Below, one piece after another: positions 37,785-49,179 of a DNA stretch of 64,000 bases. Numbering within the stretch: the stretch's first letter is position 1; each line of letters starts with the position of its first letter. The translations under genes and the position numbers were made by a program. The notes beneath the pieces are model-generated. The model was not told where the DNA came from and did not search any database. It saw only the letters and a list, made by a program, of their open reading frames with translations. Source of the stretch: Camelus ferus (taxonomy: Eukaryota); the NCBI RefSeq assembly GCF_009834535.1, contig NC_045697.1, positions 83,268,001-83,332,000 on the forward strand. The letters are read 5' to 3'.

Positions 37785-38843
37785 CATAAAAACAAGCAGA
37801 CAATTCAACAGCAAAAATAAATAAATAAATAAAACAAAACAAAAAAGTTGATTAAAAAACAGGCAGAGGATCTGAATAGACACTTCTCCAAAGAAGATAT
37901 ACAGGCAGCCAACAGGCACATGAAAAGATGCTCGACATCACTAATCATCAGGAAAATGCAAATCAAAACCACAATATATCACCTCACCTGTTAAAATAGC
38001 TATTACCAAAAAGACATGAAATAACTAAAGGGGATGAAGAGAAAAGAGAACTCGCCTGTACTGTTGGTGGGAATGTAAACTGGTGCAGCCATTTTGGAAA
38101 ACAGTATGGAGGTTCCTCAAAAAATTAAAACCAGAACTACCACATGATCCAGCAATTCCAATTCTGGATATTTATCCAAAAAAGACAAAATATAACTTGA
38201 AAAGATATCTGAACCCCCATGTTCACTGTTATTTACAATAGCCAAGCTATATAAACAACTTAAGTGTTCATCAACAAATGAATGGACAAAGAAAATATGA
38301 TACACACACACACACACATATGCACACAATGGAATATTATTCAGCTATAAAAAATAAAATTTTGCCATTTGGAACAATATGGATGAATCTTGAGGGCATT
38401 ACACTAAGTGCAATAAGTCAGACAGAGGAAGACAAACACTGCATAATCTCATTTATATGTGGAATCTAAAAACAAACAAACAAACAACAAAAAACAAGTT
38501 TATAGAACATACTGGGGAATGCCAGAGGTGGAGGGTGGTGAAATGAGTGAAAAGAGTTGAAAGAAAGGTACAAACTTTTAGTCATCAAATAAATAATATG
38601 GGTGTAATGTACAGCATGGCAACCATAGTTAATAATACTGTATTGAACATTGGAAGATTGCTAAGAGAGTAAATATTAAAAGCTCTAATCACAAGAAAAA
38701 AATTCCATAACTATTTATGGTGATGGATGGTAACTAGACTTATGGTGGTGATCATATTGCAACCTATACAATTTCTGAATCATTATGTTGTATACCTGAA
38801 ACTAATATTATGTTGTATGTCAGTTGTACCTCAATTAAAAAAA
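37785..38843 (+). mobile_element. L1MA9-like 3' end
   Basis: ORF2 C-terminus plus 3'UTR aataatactgtattg...ttgctaagagagta...tatacctgaaactaata...tacctcaattaaaaaa. Confidence 0.85.
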
Positions 38844-39283
38844 TAATTTTTCAAAATGAAGATTCTCATTTTTTTAATTAGAAAATTTTAATGTAATTTA
38901 GTGTCCTAAATTACTGTTGGTGTCTTAGATGAAAATAATTGATGGTTTGGATAATAGAGTTTCAGAACTGACTGCTTGCAAACATGATTTCCTTTGACAA
39001 GTCTCACAAAATTTCATTCTTTCTCATCTTCTGAGTATGGCCCTTCTATTTACCACATCCATTGTTTCTATTCTTAGCTCTTTATACCTAACTCTCATTT
39101 TTAATATTATCTCCTTGAAAATGTTCAAACAATATAAGCAGACAATCCTACTACATTAATGGACCTGAAGAATTTTCCTTCTTTCCTTTTTAAACTTCTA
39201 ATTGTTTGATATAAATCTATAAGATAAAGTGAGTCAGAATTTTCTTAATCTCAAGTAATTCTGGGTATAAGAAAGTTGCTTTG

Positions 39284-40107
39284 AATCAAAACTACAATGA
39301 GGTATCACCTGACACCAGTCAGAATGGCCATCATTCAAAAATCCACAAATGACAAATGCTGGAGAGGCTGTGGAGAAAAGGGGACCCTCCTTCACTGTTG
39401 GTGGGAATGCAGTTTGGTGCAGCCACTGTGGAAAACAGTATTGAGATTCCTCAAAAGACTAGGAATAGACTTACCAGATGACCCAGAAATCCCACTCCTG
39501 GGCATATATCCAGAAGGAACCCTACTTCAGGATGACACCTGCACCCCAGTGTTCACAGCAGCATTATTTACAATAGCCAAGACATGGAAACAGCCTAAAT
39601 GTCCATCAACAGATGACTGGATATAGAAGATGTGGTATATTTATACAATGGAATACTACTCAGCCGTAAAAACCAACAACACAACGCCATTTGCAGCAAC
39701 ATGGATGCTCCTGGAGAATGTCATTCTAAGTGAAGTAAGCCAGAAAGAGAAAGAAAAATACCATATGAGATCGCTCATATGTGGAATCTAAAAAACAAAC
39801 AAACAAACAAAGCATAAATACAAAACAGAAATAGACTCATAGACATAGAACACAGACTTGTGGTTGCCAAGGGGGCAGGGGTAGGAAGAGATAGACTGGG
39901 ATTTCAAAATTGTAGAATAGATAAACAAGATTATACTGTATAGCACAGGGAAATATATACAAGATCTTATGGTAGCTCACAGAGAAAAAAATGTGACCAT
40001 GAATATATATATGTTCATGTATAATTGAAAAATTGTGCTCTGGAATTTGACACAACATTGTAAAATGATTGTAAATCAATAAAAAATGTTAAAAAAAAAG
40101 AAAAAAA
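39284..40107 (+). mobile_element. Young camelid-type L1, 5'-truncated, ORF2 C-terminal CCHC region plus 3'UTR
   Basis: ORF 39297-39626 [13 protein letters not shown]...[18 protein letters not shown]; perfect 15-bp TSD aagaaagttgctttg at 39269-39283 / 40108-40122; A-tail. Confidence 0.95.
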
Positions 40108-41599
40108 AAGAAAGTTGCTTTGTAGCACAAGCTATTAAATCATTAGAAATACAAATAGATGAAGATTAAATGGATGTACATACAATATTTCTTCTTAATT
40201 TATTTGCTATGAATAAATTTTCAGAAGAAATCATTAATCCAGTAATTCAAATAGTAAAATTGAAGGGATTGTAAATTAAGGAATTTATTAAACTATAAGG
40301 ACAGATAAAAAGCAATTGCTTCCTTAGAGTTGTGTAGCAGAAGAAATACTGATGTACGAAAGGAATCTGAGGTAGAAGTGCCAACATGCCTAGCAAGCTT
40401 TTCCTTTAGTACCTACATCCTAAGTGGAAATTTCTAAAGATTACACACTCTATAGCAAACCAAATGAAGAAAGATAATCTGTTGATTTTTTATAAGGATT
40501 TTGGGGATGTGAATATTGCATGAGCTTCTGCTTCAATGTCTAGGAACAAAAGAAAAGATAAGACATTTTGTGGCTCACTAATCTAAAATTGACTGTAAGA
40601 ATTAAATGCTTAAAAGGCCAAGGATATATCCAGAGGTATAGCAAAGCAGACATCAGGTTTTGACACTTTAAGGGTATTGACTATATGGAGAAGAAAGTTA
40701 CTTATTCTACTAATCTATGTCATAGAAGAAAATACATCTGCAGCAAGATGTTAGCATTAATTATAGCAAGTTTCTACAAAAGAGCCACAGGTTTTAGAGA
40801 AGTCAATCAGAATTTAATATGGTCTTCTTTAGCTGGAAATACATAAGGACCAAGTAGTAAACCCAAACTAGAAATCAAATTTGAAATGTATGACCACTGG
40901 GTTCACAGTCGTAAACTCTTACAGTAGCATATTTTTCATCTTGTATTGTTAACACTGTGCAACAGTAAGACTGTCAGCATATAGGAAAAATTAATAGCTA
41001 GACCTATGCTAGAGAGAAGAAAAAATGCTTATAACTGAGCCAAAATATTCACATAAACTACCTCAGTCTATATTTAATCAGTGTCATTTTTTCAGCATAA
41101 GAAATCTCCATCTTTATTTACAGCCTCTACCTTGAGGAGCAGAATGTTCATGATCTGTTTCACTTGGAATGCTTTCAAAATGCTTTTTTGAAAAATGAAG
41201 TTTTTCAACATATTTCCTCTAACTAGAAAGAGTCTTCCCTCTGGTAATAAAGTGTCTTCTCAAAGGGCCCACTAAAGTCCAACAATGAAAGTAGAATTTA
41301 AAATACGTAAACCTTTAAAATAAGAAAAGGTATGCCCTGTGGTGGGTAAAAGAGGTCTGTGGGACCTTCTACTCTCGGTCCAGTAGCGGAGGAAGCAGAT
41401 TCTTTTACCAAATGAGCCAATTGTCTTAGAGCTCATGGAGCAAGGACTTGGGGAAAACAGACAGGTAATTGGAACTGTAGAATATGAGTTGAAGGGGATC
41501 CAGGACAATAACATGAGACTTTGTAACTGAGAGAATCACGAAAACAAGTTTTGGACAACAGTTAGCCGCAACAGCTGCTGAATTGTGTCCTTTACATAC

Positions 41600-42016
41600 A
41601 AGGAGGTTTTGTTGGCTGGTTGCAGAGGGTTGTGATTGGAAGTCAGAAAAGCATATTCCTGCTGGCCTGGAAGAAAGAAAATATCCACACTGTGGACTGT
41701 GAACAGCTTCTAGGAGCTGAAAGTAAACCTCAGTTGACCACCAGTAAGGAAGTAGGGACCTCAATCCTACAACCACAAGGAACTGTATTCTGCCAACAGC
41801 AAGAATGAGCTCGGAAATGAATCTTTCTCCAGAGACTACAGGAAAGAACTCAGCCAGGTCAAGACCTTGATTTTAGCCTGAGAACCTATGTAGATAACCC
41901 AGCCACTCCAATTTCTGATTTTTACATAGAGAACTGTGAGCTAGCAAATTGAATGGGTGTTACACTAAGCTGCCACATTTGTGATAATTTATTTCACAGC
42001 AATAGAAACTGATACA
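41600..42016 (+). mobile_element. MaLR solo LTR (MLT1E-like)
   Basis: gggacctcaatcctacaaccacaaggaactgtattctgccaac...cacagcaatagaaactgataca. Confidence 0.85.
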
Positions 42017-42323
42017 ATTGGGAAAGTGATGAAGACGATATTAAGAAGCAACTATAAAGAACAGAAAACCCACTCAGGCTGGCATCATACCTCAGAAGTA
42101 AAGGCAATGTATTATTAGGACTTAAACCCTCTGCAGACTTGATATTTCAATTTGGAAATTTGAGAGCAGGTTACATAAATAAGGCAGAACACAAGAAGCA
42201 AAATGCAGTTGAGTTCCTGAAGCTTGACTTTTTCTATGGTATTATCCCAGACACTTAAGGGAAAATATCTGAAAACAATGGGTTGGTTTTTATTGCCTGT
42301 GACTGAAGAGAAACATTCTATAG

Positions 42324-42508
42324 AACTGTTCCCACATTTCGCTACACGTTAGAATCATTGCCAGAGCTTTGAATAATTAAGGTCTTTAGGCCACTGCTCA
42401 TTTCAGTTAAATCAGAATCCCTGGTGGTGGGGACTTAGGTGTAAACAGATTCTTTTAAACTGTCCAGGAGTTTCCATTCAATAAGCAGTCCAGTGTGAGA
42501 ACCACTGC
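42324..42508. mobile_element. MER5A-like hAT-Charlie MITE
   Basis: ttagaatca...taaatcagaatccctgg...tgagaaccactg. Confidence 0.7.
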
Positions 42509-42603
42509 TATAAAGCCCATAACCTCAAAAGTGAAGACTTTGTATTCAAATCCAATTTGGGGAGGAAATCCAATTGAAAACTAGTATTAGATTTTCATTC
42601 ATA

Positions 42604-42850
42604 AAATAATAGCTAATATCTGACAAGTATTTACTATTTACCTAGCTGTGTTAGGCATTTTTGCAAGTGTTAACACAATTTATCCTAAAAAAAAGTCCTA
42701 TGAGGTAGATATTGTTATTTTCATTTTACGTATGAGACTCCACTTTACGTATAAGAAAGCTGAGGAGCAAGGAAATGAACAACTTGCTCACTGTGTGACT
42801 ACACAATGAAAGAGGGTACTGGGATGTGAACAGTATGACTGCCTGCACTG
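42604..42850 (-). mobile_element. MIR
   Basis: aataatagctaa...cctatgaggtagatattgttattttcattttac...aacttgctca. Confidence 0.75.
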
Positions 42851-43394
42851 TTCCCTGCTCAGTCTCCTCTCCATCATGCTTATATTTAATGACATTTATC
42901 CAGACTGTTAAATCTCCTTTTATCAACTGCAGATGAAAATCAAAAAGCATTTTCTGCAGTAGTTCTCTTTCCTCTTAGTCATTTTGTCCCCATATATGCA
43001 GAGGAAGACAATTTAGGCTCTTCCCCAGAAGATTAAGTGCTGAGCAAACCTGATTGTTAATTCTTATTTGATTCAAAGATAGCCAGTAAATAATACAAGT
43101 CACTTAAAGCCTATAATTAAATAATAAAATTCACTTGGGGCCTGTAACCTTTTTTTTTCCTAGGGTGAGTCAAAAATCTAATAGAAGGTATGCAAGGTGT
43201 TTCCCCAGAAATGATCTAAAAAAGCTTGGGTGATTATTAATTGTAAGAGTTAACACTAACTGATTATTGGATGATGGATGATTGATGAAGAATAGCCCTC
43301 ATCTGCCTCCTTCTTTGGGGAAATCTGTGATAGATACCATCTTCTGCAGGACACATTGTTCATTCTGTTACACAATGGTTAGATAGAACCACTT

Positions 43395-43530
43395 TTTTTT
43401 TTTTTGCACAAGGGTAATTAGGTTTTTTAATTTATTTTATTATCTTTTAAGTGGCAGTACTGGGGCTTTTGAACCCAGGACCTCGTGCATGCCAAGTACA
43501 CAGTCTACCACTGAGCTATACTCTTCCCCC
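43395..43530 (-). mobile_element. tRNA-derived SINE (camelid-type)
   Basis: Reverse complement gggggaagagtatagctcagtggtag...gaggtcctgggttcaa has Pol III A/B boxes and an A-tail; 16-bp TSD at 43379-43394 / 43531-43546 with 2 mismatches. Confidence 0.9.
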
Positions 43531-43599
43531 TTAGATAGTAACACTTCTAAAGACAGATTTGTACCCACAAAATCTGTTAGAAGTGTCCTAATTTCCGAA

Positions 43600-43730
43600 T
43601 TTAATTAATTCATCCAACAGACACTTACAGGCACCTTCTAGGAATAATGTACAGTGTTAATTGTTGAAGATACTTATATACTGAAACAGACCATCCCTCA
43701 AAGAGATTGTAGCCTGTAGAAGACAATAAA
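43600..43730 (-). mobile_element. L2 3' fragment
   Basis: ttaattcatccaacagacacttacaggcacc...ccctcaaagagattgtagcctgt. Confidence 0.5.
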
Positions 43731-45814
43731 AAAGATTTCTTCTGACCCAGCAGGAATAAAGTACCTGAGCATTTTATTTATGAAGTTACCAGCATATACT
43801 GCAACATTATCATTGCATTTGCTCCTGAATAGAATTCCGTGAGAATCTATTTTGGCTTTTCATTTGTATTTACTTTTGGTTATTAATCATTTAAGGGAGT
43901 TCTTTGTGACATTGCAGTTTCATTCTTAAGTATGTGTCAAGAATACAGAACACTACAGTGAGAAATAGCTGTAAAGTTTTGTTTCCCTGTGATTCACATT
44001 TAGGAATCTGAAATTTTAATCTTTGACCATCCCAACCATAAACTCTGAATCTTATGAACTGCTTGCCCTAAATAAATATGTTATTTGTTATAATCCATCA
44101 TTCTTTCTAGCTCTGAGGCCTAATGTACCTTAAAGAGGATTTATGTTCTTTAGTTTACTAATGAAGAAATGAGTTTGACTTTCTAAAATAACCCCGTGTG
44201 TGACACAGCAAGATTAGGATCAAGTACCCTAACTTCCCTCTAACTGCAATGCGCGCTTGGCCACACTGCAGTCCTAACCCTTTTCTCTTCTCTGTCCCCT
44301 GAGTGCCTGTTTAGATCAAAGATAGAGGCCGTGACGTTTTTAGTAAATCATCCTGGCATTACTAATTTGCAATAAACAGGATAGGTCCCTTGAGCAAAGT
44401 GGGAGATTTGTTTTTAGCATTAGTACACCAAACGAGCAATTTTTACTCCCCAAAAGAGACAAGAAAAAGGGACAAAATAACATTTGCCCCCATGTGCTGG
44501 AAAAAAACAGGAAGTTCAGCCAGGAGACAGTGCTGCTTGTGGTAGGAAGATACAGGCTGGGAGAATGCTCAAGTGAAAAAAAAAGTTAAAAGGACAAAAA
44601 ACAAACAAACAAAAAAACCCAAACAAAACAAAAACAAATCATTAATAAGGATGGAAAGTTTTTTAAAAAGGTCAGACGGCCATCGATTTGCAGAGTCTCA
44701 GAGGGTAAGAGCAACTTCCATAGAGAGCAACTGATAAATACTGGGTACATAAGTATTTAATTTGAAAATAAATGGCTAAGGAAAGATCAAGGATTTTTTG
44801 TGATTTTTAATAATGACTGAAATGAGAAACAGGCAACCTAATTTGTAAGACATGGATGACAAAGTCAGAAAAAACTCTATAGAGATCACACCAGATTAGA
44901 GACTAGTCCATTAGGCATTCTAATTAAAAGTTAAAACAAGTGCCTTTTTAATATAAACTAGATGTTGATACCAGAGCACCACTAAATACCTTTTTACTTA
45001 TTAAATTTACTTAGACCAAAGTTTGCTATAAAATGAGTATCTTTAATATTTCAGAATATACATTTAGTTATTCTCAACATGCCTTTAAAAATCCCATCTT
45101 CTTAAAAGTTTCGTATTTAAGACCTCTCCACATATTGTTTTATTTTAAAGAACATATTTGTATTCATCTCCTGACTATCCCCCCTAAAAAAATTAATGTT
45201 GATTACAAAACTATCTATAAACTGAAAGGAGATAATATACCAAATAATGTTAGATACAGGTAAATATTTTACTTACAGTAGTAGTGCTCAGTGAAAATAA
45301 AATGAGTGAGCAGCATCCTCAAAGAATATGACCTTACCAGCTTAAGTTTTATTGGATGTCACTGCATTTTATATTTGAACACCAAAACACTGCAATGACT
45401 AACAGAGAAGTTGTGTTTAACTGTTTGAAAATCAGCATTTTATTACATTCACCTGTTAATAGCCTGGCCTTCCTTTACTACAGGGCACAGCCTCGTGTCT
45501 GATTTATTACTTTATTCCTAAAGTTTGTTGTGTATTTAGTGAAATGGGCATAATAAAACTCTTCAAGGGAAACGGAGCAATTGACACTATGAAGACAGCA
45601 AGCATATGAAATGCATGGAGTCACAAATTTCAAAGTCAGGTTTGCCAGTTTCAGATCATATTATCAAATCATTATTATAAAAGTCTCTGTGAAGTTCAAA
45701 AAAAAAATCCCAATTTTTAAAAGTTAAAAATTGAGGCAAATTCCATTTCACTTGATGAAATTTAATATTTAAAAAATAAAAATTTACTAACCTTACCAGA
45801 AAGTACATAGACTT

Positions 45815-46273
45815 TGTAAAGCAAGGAATGTTGCCCACCACCCAGTTCTACAAGGATCAACTTATTAGCCAATGCAATCGCTTACCTGAAAGGAAATCAG
45901 GGTAAAAAACAGGATGAAGCATTTGTGTTTTGGATATATAGGCCCTTAGATAATTGAGATACTCATCTTAGAAAGAATTTCAATGATCTCTAATTCTTGC
46001 ATCTTCCCATACATAGCTAAGCACTAAAATCATTAACTTAAGATATCTATTTTTTATGATTAGTAATAATCTCTTACCAAGATGTATGCTTGTCTATAGA
46101 TATTTCCAACCTAAAAATTTCATATATATACCAGCTCCTCTCCTACCACTTTGGAGCAATTTCTCAGAGCCATCTGAGGGACTATCTCCCCAGCTACAGT
46201 CCTCAGTAAGGTCCCTAAATAAAACTGTAACTCACAATTCTTACATTCTGTGTTTTTTTAACCTCAGTCAACA
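45815..46273 (+). mobile_element. ERV1-class solo LTR
   Basis: TG...CA termini, perfect 4-bp TSD ACTT at 45811-45814 / 46274-46277, TATA-like tatata near 46123, AATAAA near 46218. Confidence 0.75.
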
Positions 46274-46403
46274 ACTTTTAGAGTGAAAGAATAGATTTCC
46301 ATGATGGAGAAAGGTATACAGTTGTCCCTCAGTATCCTCAGAGGATTGGTTCCAGGACCCTTCCCCTCCCTCCTTGATAGCAAATCTGCAGATGCCCAGG
46401 TCC

Positions 46404-47135
46404 TGACACCAAGCAGGATCCTGTGGGGCCCTCCTGGGTACAAAAGCCTTTTATGATCCCTGTTTCTTATTTGCAAGAGAAAGGTTTCAACCTCCCAGAC
46501 CTTCCCTGAGTACCAAAGGGCAGATTCAAAAAGTTGCTAATCAAGGAAGTGAGGGAATGCAGAAACAAAGGACAAAGGACCAGCAATCAAGAAACAGTGA
46601 TAAGGGGATGGGTATAGCTCAGTGGTAGAGTGCATGATTAGCACGCATGAGGTCTTGGGCTCAAATCAATCCCCCGTACCTCTATTTTTAAAAAAGGAAA
46701 AAACCCACAGCACAGTGATAAAGCATAGTCCTAATTCCACCTCAAGGGATATACATAGCAATCTGATACATATCTTTAAGTTCTTCTACAAGAAGTAAGG
46801 CTCCCACACAGGTAAAAGATGGTAACTACATGCTGAGACCCCAGACTGGCTGGAACCAGAAGGCTGATGATTGAGATTCCTGGAGCACTGCCCTGCTACC
46901 TCACCACCAACCAATTGGAAGAAAGACACACACCCTGCAGCCCTCACCCTAAATTTTACCTATATCACCTCTTCCCCTGAAACCACTGGGGTGGTTGGGT
47001 TTTTTGGGCACGAGCCACCTGTTCTACTTGCTCAGCCCGCAATAGACCTTCCTCTGCTCCAAACTCCACTGTTTCGGTTTGTTTGGCCTCACTGTGCATT
47101 GGGCACATGAGCACATGAACTTGCATTCGGCAATA
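46404..47135 (+). mobile_element. ERV1-class solo LTR inserted in MER2
   Basis: Starts TG, ends caata (decayed CA); 4-bp TSD gtcc/gccc; R/U5-like caatagaccttcctctgctccaaactcc. Confidence 0.75.
46604..46711 (+). mobile_element. tRNA-derived SINE (camelid-type) inserted in the LTR
   Basis: ggggatgggtatagctcagtggtagagtgcatg...gaggtcttgggctcaa; TSD acagtgataa at 46594-46603 / 46712-46721. Confidence 0.9.
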
Positions 47136-47467
47136 GCCCCTTACATAAGATGATGTAGTATTTGTGTGTAACTTGGGTAAATGCTCCCATACACTTTAAA
47201 TCATCTCTAGATTATTTATAATACCTACACAATATAATTGTATGTAAATGGTAAGTACAATGTAAATGCTATGTAAATAGTTGCTAGCATGTGGCAAATT
47301 CAAATTTTCCTTTTTGATATTTTCTGGAATTTACTTTTTAATATTTTCTATCCACAACCAATTAAATCCACAGACATGGAATCCATGGATATGGAGAGCC
47401 AACTGTACTTTTAAAATATTAATAGAGCCTTTTTCTTTTGGTCACAGTGGAACTAGATTTACCCTTT

Positions 47468-47992
47468 TCGGGGGACAGGGAGGATTTTCCTCTATACTTC
47501 TAGGTTCTTCTGGCTGATTTAGAATTAAAATTGACATGAGACAGGCTAACTGGAGGAAAATCACACAAAAGTTAATAACATGTATACACAGGAGAGAGAC
47601 CCAGGAAAACTGAGGAACTCACCAAAATAGCCAAAGTCCTCACTTTAATAAAGACAAAAGAGGATGTTGAGGATGGGAGGAGTCAGTTATGGGAAGTAAC
47701 TGGAAAAAGCACAGTAAACAAGAATAAGATTGTGATACAGATTTAAGTCATTGCCTCCCCTACTGATGAGAGTTTCCAGAGATTTTGTCATCCTCTCCTT
47801 TCAGGTACAACAAGAGAAACACCCTTACAAATGGACTTTCTCTTTCAAATATTAATGTTTCTTACAAAAGGCTAATTCTTACTTGGTTTTCAGAGTTTTT
47901 CCCAAGTCTGCTGTTTCCTAGAAAATAACCAGCTTAAAATAATTACTAGGCCAAAGAGACATATTTTTGGGTGTCAAATTCTGATCCCCTAT
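47468..47992 (-). mobile_element. MER34-like ERV1 solo LTR
   Basis: Right end cagcttaaaataatt...ccaaagagacatatttttgggtgtcaaattctgatcccct matches the reverse of the MER34-type 5' end. Confidence 0.7.
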
Positions 47993-47999
47993 ATCCTAC

Positions 48000-48410
48000 T
48001 ATCTAAAACAAATAAAAAACAGGCAAAATACAAGAAAAAACAACTTTCAAGGAAATGAACTCAAGCAATAAAGACAATAATACCTGAGAGAAAGGAAACA
48101 AAATTGCCTGAATTTACTGCCTTAAGAAAGTTTCCACATTGTGGTGCAAGGAGAGGGAAACTAGAAATGAAGAAGATAGAGATGGAAGTCTGGGGGAGTC
48201 AAAGCAGCTAGAGCTCATAAGACAGAGTGTCAGAGAGGAGATTACAGCTCAGAGATGGAACCCCAGAGATACGTAGAGGGTCCTTCTCAAGTCTTGAACT
48301 GAGTATTTCTCAGCACATACAATTAAAGAAACCGCCTTATGCTGGGAAAGGATAAGAGGGAACAAAGAACATTACTTGAAGATTGCACAAAGTTAAGAAT
48401 ATTCCTTGTT
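48000..48410 (+). mobile_element. Ancient L1M (L1MC/MD-type) 5' region fragment
   Basis: gaatttactgccttaagaaagtttcc, gacagagtgtcagagaggag, gagggtccttctcaagtctt. Confidence 0.5.
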
Positions 48411-48412
48411 TT

Positions 48413-49024
48413 TGTTACCAAGCTGTTGCCCCCAAGTCATACCCCTGCTCCTCCCTGGAATGGAAACCAATCACTCTTATCCAAGTTTCAGGAGGAAGCT
48501 GCAAAAAGAAAAAAACAAGAACTAGGCCAAAGATGGCAGAAGTTTTGACTTCTAGTAGACCTTGAGCTTTATTATATGCTCACTGTAATTCATTAGCATG
48601 CTAAATGACACACCCACCAGCACCATGGCAGTTGGCAATTGCCATGACAATGGGAAAAGCCCAAACAAGGACTGAAAAGGAGTGTTGCATTAGTTCTAGG
48701 TCCAAACCACACCTCTGTTGTCAGAAAACTCAGGAACATTTTTCCTCCTCTTTCTAACTCCCTCCCTTTTACCTCAACCCTCCTATTTATATGGTGTCTC
48801 CACCCAAATTGGATTGAGAAGCTGATTTGCAAACTAGGTTCTTGCTCCTCCATTCTTTGACCATTGAGCCAAAAGAATAAACTGAAAAAATAAATTGTAT
48901 AAAGATTGTGCTGTTCCAATCTCAGCACTGGTTTCATTAGTGGCTATGGCAATCCCAAAAGAAAAAGAATCTCCCTGGCTGAGACAAAGGGTTTCAGCCC
49001 AGGTTAGTGACCAATTCAGTAACA
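48413..49024 (+). mobile_element. MER41-like ERV1 solo LTR
   Basis: tgttac...gtaaca terminal inverted repeat; cattagcatgctaaatgacacacccaccagcaccatggcagtt...tgccatg resembles MER41; AATAAA near 48876. Confidence 0.7.
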
Positions 49025-49179
49025 TTCTTATCAGCCAGAGTTGAAAATTTAGTTGATGGATTTAGGGAGGATTACTTAGAAGGGTTTTATCTCTGGGGGG
49101 GGGGGGGGGGAGTGGGGATTAGACTGAATGTTGTTCTGGACTGCCTAAGGAAGCCTAGGGTAAGACCTAAGAGGATAAA

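Larger units (their letters stand above)
46319..47405 (+). mobile_element. MER2-like Tigger MITE, split by an LTR (MER2 parts 46319-46403 and 47136-47405)
   Basis: cagttgtccctcagtatcc...gattggttccaggacc / actttaaatcatctctagatta...ggatatggagagccaactg; TA TSDs. Confidence 0.9.

Noticed and set aside
43455..43530. tRNA gene (also 46604-46680)
   Set aside because: The A/B boxes belong to tRNA-derived SINE heads with A-tails and TSDs; no intact cloverleaf is evident
49095..49118. Poly-G run as a functional G-quadruplex
   Set aside because: A simple homopolymer between TE fragments; its length is unreliable and there is no contextual support
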